Source of the DNA: Trypanosoma brucei
Taxonomy: Eukaryota
Assembly: GCA_000002445.1 (NCBI GenBank)
Contig: CH464491.1
Span: 832,001-896,000 of the forward strand
Length of the DNA: 64,000 nucleotides
Reading direction: 5' to 3'
The notes beneath the pieces are model-generated. The model did not search any database, was not told the DNA's origin, and worked only from the letters and a program-made list of their open reading frames with translations. Numbering within the stretch: the stretch's first letter is position 1; each line of letters starts with the position of its first letter. Of this stretch, positions 34,105-45,851 are shown piece after piece. The position numbers were made by a program, and so were the translations under genes.

Positions 34105-34938
34105 TCACTGAATGCAACGAAGTTTTCGCAAACGGAAGCCGCGGTATGCTGCCTGAATTATAGTGGCGCTCCTATCGAACGCTGTCGCTATGGTTTCCTC
34201 AAAGTGGAGTTTGTGCCCTTCAAACGTAAGCCGTTTTTCCACGGAAGCAAAGACATCAGCCGATAGTAAGATTCTGGAGAAAAAACTATCTTCTATGTGC
34301 TTCCTCGCCATCGTCTCCTCTTCCTCAAGACTAACCAACCACGATGGCAAAACCACCGCCGGTTTTGAGTCACCATCTTCGAAAACGTCAGGCACGCGCC
34401 GCCACATCCAACCAGGTTTCCACTGACAAAGTTTCAAAAAGAAACTTTCCAAAAATTGAAGGGCCACGTACTGACGGTGCACTGACTCCAGGCGGCCGAC
34501 GTACGCCAACGATGAAACGAGAAAAGCGCTAACGATAACACGTCGCCCCTCCTCCTCCCTCCGTACAAAACGCTCAATTGCAGCCAGTCGTGTGTGCTCT
34601 GCGAAGTGCTTCCATGCAAAGCGGTCCGCATCCTCCTCAATGAATTCGCGCTCTATAGTTTCGTCTTTTATTGCGTACATGATGGCCCTGTCGAATACCT
34701 TGTTAAGAGAGGCGTTGAACTCCCGTATCCATAATGCGCAGCCCATAAGATACTCCCGGACAATCGCCGTCCGCCCCGATCCCTCTTCCGGGAACTCACT
34801 CTCGAAAGGGATACCCCACAGTGTCAGCAGCGCAGGAGCCAACGTGGGTGGGGGCCGCGTAAGTTTCTTCATTTTCGCCTTGTTAGCGGCCTCGAAAAAG
34901 TCATCGTCCGGGTCCTTCATAGCCGGTAGTACAAACAT
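34105..34938 (-). CDS. Hypothetical protein with a C-terminal IQ calmodulin-binding motif
   Basis: 277-aa ORF. The C-terminus reads IIQAAYRGFRLRKLR (IQxxxRGxxxR). The rest is helical with no known domain. Confidence 0.35.
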   Translation of the reverse strand: MFVLPAMKDPDDDFFEAANKAKMKKLTRPPPTLAPALLTLWGIPFESEFPEEGSGRTAIVREYLMGCALWIREFNASLNKVFDRAIMYAIKDETIEREFIEEDADRFAWKHFAEHTRLAAIERFVRREEEGRRVIVSAFLVSSLAYVGRLESVHRQYVALQFLESFFLKLCQWKPGWMWRRVPDVFEDGDSKPAVVLPSWLVSLEEEETMARKHIEDSFFSRILLSADVFASVEKRLTFEGHKLHFEETIATAFDRSATIIQAAYRGFRLRKLRCIQ

Positions 34939-35744
34939 CGCTTCCGAGACACTAGTCCTTCACGTAAGTGCAAATATGACGCTCTAAGTCTCGAGCTAAA
35001 ACTTGAAGCAATACGGAAGAAGGTATTCTACGGCAACAGAGCAAGGCAAAGTTTCAAAGTGCAGTACAGCCCTTAGGGAATGAATAAAAAACTGAATTAC
35101 CCGCTCTTCCGCAACAGATGTCCCCGACTCCTGCCTCATTTCTCTTCTGACTGCATCCGAACAAGAATATTGTAGAAGTATCTAAAAGTAGCTTACACCA
35201 TCAGATGATAACCCGGGGGGCAGATGCTTCTGAAATCGGTCACTTCTTCTTAGCGCATGGTTAATGCCGCGTCGGTCCTACGCACCACATATAGCGTCCA
35301 CGAGGTTGGATTCCCAGCCCCCTACCTTTCATACTTATATTCTTCTCCGGCTTCCCTGCTTTCCGTCTTCCATTTCTCACCACTTCTGTTGGCAGCCTCA
35401 CCTGCAAAAGCGCCACTCCTCCTCATCCACAGCAGGTACTTATAATGAGAGGGCTCCACGTAGGTAGAAAAATAAACAATGGAAACGAAAAGAAAGCACG
35501 ACACAAGAAAAAAACCAAAAGCAAGGGAGATACAGTTCCTGGTGTCGCACGCTTTCCCACAGACCAGAAACAAGAACTGACCGGGCGGATGGACAGAACG
35601 GAGTATTTGTATATACTAATACTATTGTTATTAATCATTAAGCGATGAAACCTTTCTTTTCCTCTTTTCCTCTGACTCGCTATCACATCAGCCAGCACCC
35701 AACAGCGCAAATGTGGTGCCGGTCCCTACTTAATAAGCAGTACA

Positions 35745-37712
35745 TCAGCGTCTGTCGCGTCTGCCGTTAGATTTCACCTTACCCGTGAAGAGATGCTTCG
35801 GCCGAAGGTTCGGTATGGCACGATCACCCTCTCCCTTCTTAGCTTGAAGGTTGCGCGGGCGAGCGACCACCTTACTCAGCTTCACAGCACGCAGCTTCTC
35901 ATTGACGTCTCTGTACCCCTCGCCGCGGTTTACGCTAAGTGAGCGATCGCGAGTCGCAGAGTGAGAACTAATGCCACGCGTTGTTTTGGTAGACATGTGC
36001 GAAGATGAACGGTCCCGCATAACTGCCTCCTGTGCAGCGGACAAGGACCGACCTCTCTTCGCGGACGAATTCGTGGTTTCAGATGAACAACCAGGGGTTG
36101 CTGAGCGATCGACCTGGCTTCCCGTTCGCTTGTTAAACTTCTCAATTGCAACTGATTGCCGCCTAGTGCGACGTAGTGAAGGGTTCTTCATAGCCCTCTC
36201 CATCTTAATCACCTTGATTTTGTCCCTGATAAAACGAACAGCCTCGACAGTAGACTCGTGTAACTCATATTGTGGACGTTTCTTAGATGCCTCCAACTCC
36301 AATTCCTGCAGACGTGCGTCCTCCTCTGCTTCCAATTCCATCAACCGCTCATGGATGTCAGGGTCTACGTTATCGTAGATGTTGTGCCCGTCCATGATAT
36401 CAGGGATGATATCATCCACCCATTCGGGGTTCTCTAGATCCCATGTCTTCCGCTCATTTGGTTGGTACTGTCCAGGTCCCCCATTTTCCCACTCATAATC
36501 CCGTTCCGTTTTGCGGCGCTCGCGCACTGGCTCACCGGATGCAAGTCGCTGGCGAATCTCTTCCACTGAAGGGGGAACATACGCAGGTCTTTCCACGTTA
36601 TCGCGTTTCTGCGGCACCGCACAGTAGAGACGATTTTGTATAGCCTGAAACCGACCGCTCCCTTCCTTTTGTTCCGAACGATGTGCAAGCAGCGTTTCAC
36701 ACGCCAAAGTCTTGAGGCCGCCTACGCCGGCGTCAGTGAGCGTGCTGGTCGTAATCCATTTGGCGCCACACTCTTCAATGGCTGTCATAACGAGAGATTG
36801 CTCTTCTGCCGTAATGTCGTCGAAAGTACACAGATCACTCTTGTTGAATACGACAATCACCGGTTTGCCAGTGAAGAGGGGGCCAATAGACTTGAAAAGG
36901 GAAACCTGCTGGGCTATTGAATGCCCGCATTGAGTGCTAAGGTCCATGAAGAAGAGAATGCACGCACGAAGATGGGCAAGTGCGGTGATCGCTTGCATCT
37001 CAATAACGTTGCGCTCCTCAAGGGAATGGTCCAGAATACCCGGAGTGTCAATTACCTGCCAACTGGCATACTTGAAGTCCGTGTGCCCGACGAAGAGAGA
37101 CTTTGTTGTGAAGGCATAGGGTTGTACTTCTACATCCGCGCGGGTGACCTTGTTCATGAAACTTGACTTACCGACGTTGGGGAACCCCGTGATAAGCAGT
37201 GTTCGGGCGTTGGGGTCAATAGAGGGCAGTCGAGACATGTGTTGCCTCACTTTCTCCAGGTATACCAGAGCGCTCGTGAGCTTTTTGCAAGCGGTTGCCA
37301 TGCGGCCAAGGGCTGCGCGCTTCAACTGCTTACAGCGGTAGAGAGAGTCACCGTATTTCAAAAGCCGCACGTAATCACGGCCCACATTATCCACCATGTG
37401 TCGCACCGCGCCGACCTGACCCAGCGCCACCTTATAGTGGTCGCGGTCGTACAATACATGCATCAAATCGCCGTAGAACGGGTGGATGTCATCCATTCGC
37501 GGAAACTCGGTTAGGATGTGGGTGAGCTTTTCGTTGATGGTTTTCTGCGTGAACTTCACCTTCCGCATGTAGAACTGACGAATGCGGGAAATATGATACC
37601 CCTTGTGGACCACGGTTGGTGTCTTTCTCTGCGTTTTGGAAAGAACAATGTCGATGAAGTCCTTGTATGAGGGGACAACAGTCACCGTTTTGAAATTGTA
37701 GATTGTCGACAT
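35745..37712 (-). CDS. NOG1: Nucleolar GTP-binding protein NOG1 (60S ribosome biogenesis GTPase)
   Basis: 655 aa. NOG1 N-terminal domain ([48 protein letters not shown]); G motifs [16 protein letters not shown] and NKSD; Lys/Arg-rich C-terminal tail. Confidence 0.9.
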   Translation of the reverse strand: MSTIYNFKTVTVVPSYKDFIDIVLSKTQRKTPTVVHKGYHISRIRQFYMRKVKFTQKTINEKLTHILTEFPRMDDIHPFYGDLMHVLYDRDHYKVALGQVGAVRHMVDNVGRDYVRLLKYGDSLYRCKQLKRAALGRMATACKKLTSALVYLEKVRQHMSRLPSIDPNARTLLITGFPNVGKSSFMNKVTRADVEVQPYAFTTKSLFVGHTDFKYASWQVIDTPGILDHSLEERNVIEMQAITALAHLRACILFFMDLSTQCGHSIAQQVSLFKSIGPLFTGKPVIVVFNKSDLCTFDDITAEEQSLVMTAIEECGAKWITTSTLTDAGVGGLKTLACETLLAHRSEQKEGSGRFQAIQNRLYCAVPQKRDNVERPAYVPPSVEEIRQRLASGEPVRERRKTERDYEWENGGPGQYQPNERKTWDLENPEWVDDIIPDIMDGHNIYDNVDPDIHERLMELEAEEDARLQELELEASKKRPQYELHESTVEAVRFIRDKIKVIKMERAMKNPSLRRTRRQSVAIEKFNKRTGSQVDRSATPGCSSETTNSSAKRGRSLSAAQEAVMRDRSSSHMSTKTTRGISSHSATRDRSLSVNRGEGYRDVNEKLRAVKLSKVVARPRNLQAKKGEGDRAIPNLRPKHLFTGKVKSNGRRDRR

Positions 37713-39180
37713 CTTTCCAGAAACGGATATGAACGAGATGTTAAACTTCTTTGCTTACTTCCTCGCCAGAATGCCTCTGCAGTGAACGGCTGGGTTACAG
37801 TTTGCTTGGTTCACCTGCTGAATACCTCTTCCACTCCACTACTTCACAGCTTCACCTTTTCGCGCGCACCTTTCCTTACCTCTTTTTCCTTCGCGTTTAC
37901 TCTCCTCACGCACCCAACTGCTTCTGATGTACCGCCTGTTGCGTTCCTCTAAGACGTAAAAAAACAAAGTTAGGGTTGAAATAAAAAGCACTTGCCGTAA
38001 CATGTATGTCTGTACCAGGAGAGCAAAAGAGTTTCGTCAGCTCCGCTCGCACATTTCCTTCCCCCCCCCCTTGCTGCGCATGGAAAGAACAATCGCGGAC
38101 AGGGGGAAAAGAGAGGGGAGGGATTGGGGCAAAACGGATACAACGTGTGCGCTGGGGCAAACCATCTGATTTCCATCAACAAAGAGGGCAAATGTGAGTA
38201 ACGAAAAAAAAACAGAAAAGGGTTCATTAAGGTCAACTTTCATGCAACCTCAACGAAAATAATGAGGGGAAACCATATCCTGACCACGCTCCACCCCAGG
38301 ATGCTACACTAACCCTCACCCGACTCACAAATTCCTCCTCATTCCAGGCGCATACAAAGACCCGGTAGCGGTCCCTGTACATATCGGAAAGACACACGAC
38401 CACAGACGGAAGCCATCAGCAGACCATTACTTCGTCTCTAACGGCAGCCGTCGATTCAGCTTTATTATGGTAATTATTATCGCTAGATCTTGCATTTTGT
38501 TCATTATTTATGTTGTTGCCGAGGGCATCAATCGCCGCGTTTGCCGGAGATGTCGGTTCCTACCGGCCCCTGCCGCATCAACGTCGTTACGACAGTGCAC
38601 TTATTCAGCCACAACAACGATAACAATACCCCGACTCAAGGATCGAACATGGCATTGCAACCGCTGTTGCAGCTTCAACGTGTATAACCACCCAAAACCA
38701 ATTTTCGTGGACTTGCGCCGCGGGAAACTGAACGGCACAAATGAAATGAAACAAACACCAACACAAAACTTAAATGTGCTCATTTATAAAAATGCAAAAA
38801 AAAAAAAACAACCGCCCGGTAACCCGGCACCCGGTGCAATTCAATTTTTCTATGCGCACAAGACAGACTGCAGTGGCAAAGTACGAGCGAAAACAGAAGC
38901 AAAGGAAATGAGTTCTGCCAGCTTCCCGGTAAGGCCCAGCAAGGGGACTTTCAACTGCACGTACCGCAATTCGTTTACCTCATGAACTGCTGCATAAGGT
39001 GGATGAGAGCCGAGCACGTACGCAGCTGATACCTAAACACATGCTCTGAAAGGACAATCCGCTTCTTACCAGCTTCAATGTCTCCTTATTCTTCCTCGAT
39101 TCCATCGCAACCACTCACAAACCGACGACGTAACCCTCTTCTGCCGCCCACAGTGCGAAAAAGGATCGCCTAAAGTAGAA

Positions 39181-41109
39181 TCAAATGGTTACCCTGGGCT
39201 GCCCCACCTCCGTTTCTGTGTATCCGCCCACACCATCCAACATCATAATATCATGATGAAACTTCTTTAACGATTCACGGTGAGATGTCGTTATTAACGT
39301 CATACCCTCATCCAAAAGTAATTTGTACAACGTTGGCTCAATGTTTTGGGACACCGCGCTCGTGCACTCGTCTAAAAACACAAAGGTTGGCCGATGGTAA
39401 AGTGCGCGAACAAACGCCACGCGCTGCCGCTCACCTCCAGACAGCACCTCTGACCATTCTTTCCATGCATCCAACCCTCCCACGCGCGTCAGCAGTCCTC
39501 TCAACCCAACGCGGGTGGCAAACTCTACAAGTTTGGCGTCTTCGATATCACCTGCCCGCTTGTCTGCCTCGGAGGTTGGGTAAGTGAATTGAGTCCGTAG
39601 GGTCCCCGGGGGGAGGTAAACCCGCTGCGTCAGTACAACCATCTGGGATGGGGGAGGACGTTTCAGGGAGCCCTCACGCAGGGACCACACGCCAGTGATA
39701 ACGCGGATGAGGGCCGTCTTTCCAGCTCCGTTACAACCCATTATGAGGACGTGCCGGTCCGCCTTGAATGTTGCGTTGTAATTGGCAAGAATCATCTTGT
39801 CAGATGGGGAGAGAATGTACGCGTTCTTAAACACAATCTTATCGTCACTGGACTCTTCCACCAAACTTAGCGTCGTCTCCCGTTCGTTTCGCTCGAGGGA
39901 ACGAAGAGAATCCTGTAGCTCCCCAACACGATGGGCGCCGCCACACACAGCGCTTACCTTTAGGTGGATTGAAAAAAGCCTTGCGATGGATTTGGCCAAC
40001 GAAGTACACAGCTTCGCGTTCCGTGCATACAGTTGCGCCATACCAGCGGCATCCATGCTATCTGCACGACGGGCAACAGCGAATCCACAAACTGCTAAAC
40101 CGACGCACGTCGATCCATACTCAACAAACATCGAGCTGACTAAGGTGCTCCACCACTTAAGGCGCTTAATGTTACTTTCCAATCGCAGGTACGATCGAAG
40201 GAGACGATCAGCAGTCGCACGCTCAACATCTGCACCGCGGTAAAACGCCACCTCTTCCGCGTGGTGAAGGAGCTGGGTGTGCATCGTGCGAAGGTTGCCC
40301 TCCTTTGCGTGACTGGCTGCCATCATAGTTGCAAAGTTTGGAAGAATTAGTCGAAATAGCACGGCAACGAATGCGTAGTATGAAAATATGAGCAGGGATT
40401 CGTTGTGACCACCGTGCTCGGCCAGCGCAGAAGAAAATGTAACGATATCCATCGACGGTTTTAGTATAGAAGGTATCAAAACCGCAAGTTCTCTGCTGAA
40501 GCACTGGACATCATTCGTCACACGATGGCCCGGGTTGTCCACGGTGCCTGTAGTTGCAAGGTCGTAAACCCGGCGCCCCTGGAAGTACTCTTTATGAAGA
40601 GCATGCTGAAGCCGCTCCCGAAACCGCCACTCTATTGAGGAAATTGTGTAGCCGATGCCCACATTCACTACGGTTGCGGGTAAGGCATATAAAGCGATAT
40701 CACCGATGCCAAGTAACAATTCCCTAAAGTTCTTCTGAACGAGTGCCTTAACGTTATTCCCGGCTACCCGGGACAACATCAGCGTCAACCTGGTGCGAAG
40801 GGCGAGCAGCAACGTCAAAGCAACCATAGTACCAGATTCAGGGGAGAGAACACTGGGAAAACAAATACGGAGAAGCCCCACAACCCGCCAGAAGAGGGTG
40901 CTGTCGAAGCGTACAGTGGGTCGTCTATGTCGACCGGACGCCTTACCTGCGTGTCGTCGCGGCGATGATGGGTTTGCTCGGCGAGCAAGCACACACTTGT
41001 GTACGCCCTGAAACAGTAGTGCTATTACCACCAAAAGAGCATACTTCGCATGTGAGAACGGGGAGGCGACTAGTAATTGCTTCAGCCCGTCAAGTACAGA
41101 ACTCATCAA
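39181..41109 (-). CDS. ABC transporter, subfamily D half-transporter (peroxisomal/glycosomal type)
   Basis: 642 aa. TMD followed by one NBD with Walker A (GCNGAGKT), ABC signature (LSGGERQRVAF), Walker B (VFLDECTSAV) and the ABCD-type TSHRESLKKFH motif. Confidence 0.85.
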   Translation of the reverse strand: MMSSVLDGLKQLLVASPFSHAKYALLVVIALLFQGVHKCVLARRANPSSPRRHAGKASGRHRRPTVRFDSTLFWRVVGLLRICFPSVLSPESGTMVALTLLLALRTRLTLMLSRVAGNNVKALVQKNFRELLLGIGDIALYALPATVVNVGIGYTISSIEWRFRERLQHALHKEYFQGRRVYDLATTGTVDNPGHRVTNDVQCFSRELAVLIPSILKPSMDIVTFSSALAEHGGHNESLLIFSYYAFVAVLFRLILPNFATMMAASHAKEGNLRTMHTQLLHHAEEVAFYRGADVERATADRLLRSYLRLESNIKRLKWWSTLVSSMFVEYGSTCVGLAVCGFAVARRADSMDAAGMAQLYARNAKLCTSLAKSIARLFSIHLKVSAVCGGAHRVGELQDSLRSLERNERETTLSLVEESSDDKIVFKNAYILSPSDKMILANYNATFKADRHVLIMGCNGAGKTALIRVITGVWSLREGSLKRPPPSQMVVLTQRVYLPPGTLRTQFTYPTSEADKRAGDIEDAKLVEFATRVGLRGLLTRVGGLDAWKEWSEVLSGGERQRVAFVRALYHRPTFVFLDECTSAVSQNIEPTLYKLLLDEGMTLITTSHRESLKKFHHDIMMLDGVGGYTETEVGQPRVTI

Positions 41110-42825
41110 AAGGGGTTTTACCGGCTCCTTTTAATTTTCCTTCTATTTTTCTGTGTTCCCCTTACACCTACGAAATGTATAGACTTCGAGCTCAGTACCC
41201 TGGGAGACAAAAAGGTTATGGCAAGACTCTCTGCGTGCGCTCCACGCTGTAGGCACTAGAGTACGGGCTGGGTGGGCGCAGAGTGCGTACGTCCCTCTGT
41301 TTCCACGCCCTTCAGCTTATCCCGGTTTTTCTGCTGCTCAATGTCTTAAAAGAAAAAAATGCAGGGACGAAAAAGGCTTATGACAACGAAGAGCTTAAAT
41401 GCAACAATAAGAGCGGTGTAGGCAAACACCTCCTTATTCATCCACCTGCCCTCCTCAGCAGCAGTTATAGTTTCAAGGAAAGGAAGAAATAAAACTACTT
41501 GAGTAAAAACAGTAGCAAGAGTGACGTTCAAAAAACTTTAAAGGCCGTCGCTTCCATCTCTTCTCGGCTCCATTTCAGCGAAAAGATTCTGGTCTTCATC
41601 CACAAGCGGCTTCACACCCTTTCTTACATTCACCAGATACTTCTTTTTTTTTTTTGCTCTGTCACCACCCTTGTGGCTTCTGTCCCCCATACAAAAACAC
41701 AAATACAAAAAATGAAGAAGCATACTCCAACACTTCAAAATATCAAAAACTGTCGTGTTGATTAACGTTGGGGGCGGGAAAAGCAAAGATTTACCGCAGC
41801 ATACGTCACGGGAAAAAGAAGACAACTCAACCATCATCTCATCACCAAAAATGTTTCAATTCTTTGTACATTCTTAACCTCCAACAATGTACCCCTTAAG
41901 CTATACAAACAACGAAGGGTGATGGGATCAATGTATTCTTTTGTACAGTACCGCATTCCTCTTTCGTCCATTCGATTATTCATTTGTTTTTCCCACTACA
42001 CTTAAATATTTTTTTTCGATTGATTTTCTGTTTTTTTTCACTCTCTGCCTCGAAGAAGTTACAGAATACAGTACACATATGGAGGCGAACCGCGTGCCTG
42101 ATTCGACGCGGTAGCAGCAGCCATGGACCGCACGTGCGATCCTCCACAATTCAATTCCCACTGAAAGGAGGAAAGGGAGAATATTCTCGTCAGAAAGCTC
42201 GTAAATAAATTAGATGAGAGCAAACTCCCCTTCTCCCTTGCCCCCCCAACCCCCATCATTTTTCACAATAAACGAAAACAGTAAAAAAAAAAAAGAAAAA
42301 TTGCCGCACAGAAATGCACATCAAAGGCGGGGGGAAGATTGCAAGAAAGAGAGAGGTGGACGCAGGAAAGTGCAATGCTATAAGGAGGGAGAAATAGAAG
42401 AAAGAATATGAACACCGAAGCAAACGTTACGCTATATACATATTATAGATGAAGAAGACTGGCGTCTACCATTCCCCGCCCTTCCCTTTATAACAGTATG
42501 AACATTTTATTGCTCGTTCATTCACAAAAGTCATTCATAACCATTGGCTTTGTTCACAATTCCCCGTCCCAACTATCTTTGTGGTCTCTTACACTCCTGC
42601 AGAACCAAAAAAAAAAAAGCGTCTCCAACGCGATACATCCACCACATGATGTGCCTTTTCAATTTTAAAAGGGAACCGCACAGCAAGTGGGGGGAAAAGA
42701 TTAAATAAGTGCAAGCGTACACAAACCAGATACAACAACACAAAATGACGTAAACTGAACGAAAGACAAGGGAGCCAAAAACAGGTGCTAAAGACTAAAT
42801 TAAAAAAAGGAAGCGAATACATCTC

Positions 42826-44193
42826 CTAGCACCCGCATCTGTCGGTCCCACGTTTGCCTATCTTAGGCAAGCGCGGAAGGGCTTTGTGGAACTTAGACTC
42901 ACTATCATCTTCGCCAGTGGCCGCTGTGTTCCGCTTTTGCTTACTTAATAATTCATTGACCTCATCAGCGATCCACGGGTGCTTCATCGCCCGCCGAGGA
43001 GTGGCACGCGAGTCCGGAACCCACTCAAGGAACAGCTTAACGAAACTGACAAATGGATCTCCCTCCGGCAGTCCAAGGAACGCCGCAATATTCTTGGTTC
43101 CCGGAAAGCGTATCTTAAGTTTGCTGTTGGGAACTAATTTGGGTGAATAATTTGCGCTTGCTTCAAAAAACTCATGTTTGCGCGGGGAACGAAGTATAAA
43201 ATCACGCGGCGGGGTCCCTAAAAACTCCATTATGCACGCCATCTGTTCCTGCTCGCTTTCACCTGGGAAAATGGGGTAGCCGGAGGCGAGCTCGCAAAGA
43301 ACACATCCATAACTCCAAAGATCTATGCACCTGGAGTAGGGACACCCTAGAAGTACCTCGGGTGCACGGTAGAAGCGCGATTGGATGTAGGTGAACAAAC
43401 GGGCGTTTTCAAAGCAAGAGGAGCCCAAGTCAATCACTTTCACTGCCGTGTCATTGGGTGACCTGAGGAGTATGTTTTCCGGCTTCAGATCACAATGAAT
43501 AATGTTCTCTCGCCACATGTAGGAAAGAGACACGAGAACACCAGCCCCAATCTTGCGAACGACGTCTAACGGCAATGGCTTGAACCTGCGTTGCTTTAAG
43601 TAAGTGTACAAGTTACATCCTAACAGCTCGTATGTAATGCAGACATGGGAACGAAAGGTGAAATTATCAATCATTTGGACTATTCCGTAGATCCCTGAGG
43701 GGTCACCTTTCTTCAAATGACTCAAAATCTGCACCTCAATCTTTGCTTGTGCGGTGAAGCGTTTCCTGTTGCGGATAATCTTTAGCGCTACAGTACAGTT
43801 CTTGCAGTGATCAACTGCCTTAACCACCTGTCCGAAGGAACCACTCCCCAGTGTGCTTAAAACCTCGTAGCGGTATGCGATGTGGTCACGTAGTCTGATG
43901 AGGTAGTCCCCTCTTTCATCATCATACCCCTTGTTATGGCCTCCTTCCACCGGTGCCTGAACCTTGCGGTCACAATTTTGGCCAACGTAATATACTTCCG
44001 AGTAGCCCTTTATCTCGTCCATCTCGTACGGAGTAAGATGAGCGGAATGAAAGTCATTAGCGGGGACTGCACCTTCGTGCAACACATTTAGCCGCATCCC
44101 CTTGCCCCCTTGCGGTTTCGTACAGAGCGCAGGAACCTGCGTGCTCCTGCGGAAGTCATGGTTTTCACCCGCCAACCTGCGAGAGACATCCAT
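42826..44193 (-). CDS. Dual-specificity tyrosine-regulated protein kinase (DYRK family)
   Basis: 455 aa. YEVLSTLGSGSFGQVVKAVD; VALKII (VAIK-equivalent); HCDLKPENILL; DLGSS; the activation-loop YIQSRFYRAPE that is typical of DYRKs; a DYRK-homology-box-like N-terminus. Confidence 0.85.
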   Translation of the reverse strand: MDVSRRLAGENHDFRRSTQVPALCTKPQGGKGMRLNVLHEGAVPANDFHSAHLTPYEMDEIKGYSEVYYVGQNCDRKVQAPVEGGHNKGYDDERGDYLIRLRDHIAYRYEVLSTLGSGSFGQVVKAVDHCKNCTVALKIIRNRKRFTAQAKIEVQILSHLKKGDPSGIYGIVQMIDNFTFRSHVCITYELLGCNLYTYLKQRRFKPLPLDVVRKIGAGVLVSLSYMWRENIIHCDLKPENILLRSPNDTAVKVIDLGSSCFENARLFTYIQSRFYRAPEVLLGCPYSRCIDLWSYGCVLCELASGYPIFPGESEQEQMACIMEFLGTPPRDFILRSPRKHEFFEASANYSPKLVPNSKLKIRFPGTKNIAAFLGLPEGDPFVSFVKLFLEWVPDSRATPRRAMKHPWIADEVNELLSKQKRNTAATGEDDSESKFHKALPRLPKIGKRGTDRCGC

Positions 44194-44476
44194 CCCTCGT
44201 CACTTACTACTAATACTACTAAAGTAAGAGAGCCTCAAGAAGAAACAAAAAAAAGTGCGCGCAACATGTGCGGAAATGATCAAATAGTAAAAAAAAACTG
44301 TAGAAAAACTAGAAAGATCCTATGTACAAAGACGCAAGGCTACACCACCCAATACACATGGTCATCCAGAGCAATACAGAGACACTTTCATACCCCGTAT
44401 GCGCACACAGCCTGCATAAATGAACCACTAAAGAAAAGGGGAAGCGGGAGCGGAGGTGTGGGTCCCCCTCCAGAAG

Positions 44477-45730
44477 CTAAAACTTGCAAGCTTCCAAAGA
44501 GTGCACTATTGCTCCCATACGGGTGTACCAGTCCATCCACTCATTCGGTTCCTCCGTAGGGTTGGGCTCGTGGAGGACAAACAAACGTTCAGAGTAGTCC
44601 TCGAAGCCTACAGGGAAGAATACATGCTCCGATGCGAGGCCACCGCATGGAAGCCGAAGCGATGGGTTGGATTCAATCAAGGTCGGGATGTGAACTGTAG
44701 GAAGAGAGGAATACTCAACCGTGTACCCCAGCATATACCACAAAACCTCCGTGGAGGTCACTATTGTCCAGCAGGTGTGGCATTCGCTGCATAGAGCAAC
44801 ATGGCCATACTCTGTCATCACGCGCAAGTTGTTACACCGAATGCGGCGGATATTGGAATCTTCGGGGGTTGTGCGAAGCGCGCGCACCAGCTGCAGCACA
44901 TTCAACGCCAAGGGCCCACGAAAGGGAGGTGAAACATCCTTCAACACTGATGGTGCGGCCGAAATATCGTATAGTTTGGACTTCAGAAGCAACCCTTCAT
45001 GCTCCGCCTCGCGACGTTGGATCTCCGCAAACCACTTGGCCGCCTCTCTTTCATCAAGCATTTGCTGAACGGCATTTTTTTCACTTTTCCTTTCCATCAT
45101 TAAAGCTGCCCGGGCCCGCTTCTCCTCGGCAGCACAAACATCACGACTCTCTACCTCCATCCGCACCAGGTCCACGACGTTACCTGCCAGGCGTTTCTGC
45201 CACGCTTCCGTTTGCGCCAGTCTCAACACATGTTCATCATACAAGTCCTCGACCCAAGCAAGTGGTGGGCATTCCTCATAATTCAAGTTTTCTTCTGAAA
45301 GTATTAGTCCGCTTGCGGAAGTGTCAAACAGAGAACCTACAACGGTGCAAAAGTCTTCAAAGAGTTGCTCAATTGCTACGCACATCCGTTCATTGTATAT
45401 TTGCTTGTCGGGGTCCTTTTCCCGACCCTTGTGCAGAATCTTCACCACACGAGGACGGCAATTCGTTATTAAGGTTTGAACCGACACTGCCTGCGAGTGC
45501 AGAGCAACTACATCTCCTCTGTCATCATCCTTGAAGGCGTCAATGAGCACGGCGGTCTCCTGCTTCAGTTGATCCACAAGGGCGCAAAGTTTCTTGTACT
45601 CAGTCATTCCAGGGAAGAGCCACACCCCTCTGCAACCGAGTGAGAACAGCAAAAACTTCCCTCTCCCCTTTCGACTCGAGAGAATGAGCAGAATGATAAA
45701 GTTTGACAGCACCAATGTCGCGTGAAGCAT
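44477..45730 (-). CDS. Hypothetical protein (possible PUB-like domain)
   Basis: 417-aa ORF, acidic and helical. The hydrophobic first 41 codons are probably a spurious extension, with an alternative ATG at 45607 (MTEYKKL). A PUB-like segment IRRIRCNNLRVMTEYGHVAL is only weakly suggestive. Confidence 0.3.
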   Translation of the reverse strand: MLHATLVLSNFIILLILSSRKGRGKFLLFSLGCRGVWLFPGMTEYKKLCALVDQLKQETAVLIDAFKDDDRGDVVALHSQAVSVQTLITNCRPRVVKILHKGREKDPDKQIYNERMCVAIEQLFEDFCTVVGSLFDTSASGLILSEENLNYEECPPLAWVEDLYDEHVLRLAQTEAWQKRLAGNVVDLVRMEVESRDVCAAEEKRARAALMMERKSEKNAVQQMLDEREAAKWFAEIQRREAEHEGLLLKSKLYDISAAPSVLKDVSPPFRGPLALNVLQLVRALRTTPEDSNIRRIRCNNLRVMTEYGHVALCSECHTCWTIVTSTEVLWYMLGYTVEYSSLPTVHIPTLIESNPSLRLPCGGLASEHVFFPVGFEDYSERLFVLHEPNPTEEPNEWMDWYTRMGAIVHSLEACKF

Positions 45731-45851
45731 GATGACGACGAAAGTATAAACTTTGGAACACGTAACATAGCGAAAAAAAATAATAAGTCGAGTATGGCAC
45801 TCTACATGCCCAACAATGCCAACAAATCTGCCTCGCTTAGTTACATTTTAT

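Noticed and set aside
38467-38985. 172-aa plus-strand ORF in the NOG1-ABCD intergenic region
   Set aside because: It is on the wrong strand for the polycistron, its composition is low-complexity, and it has no recognisable domain. It is most likely UTR sequence.
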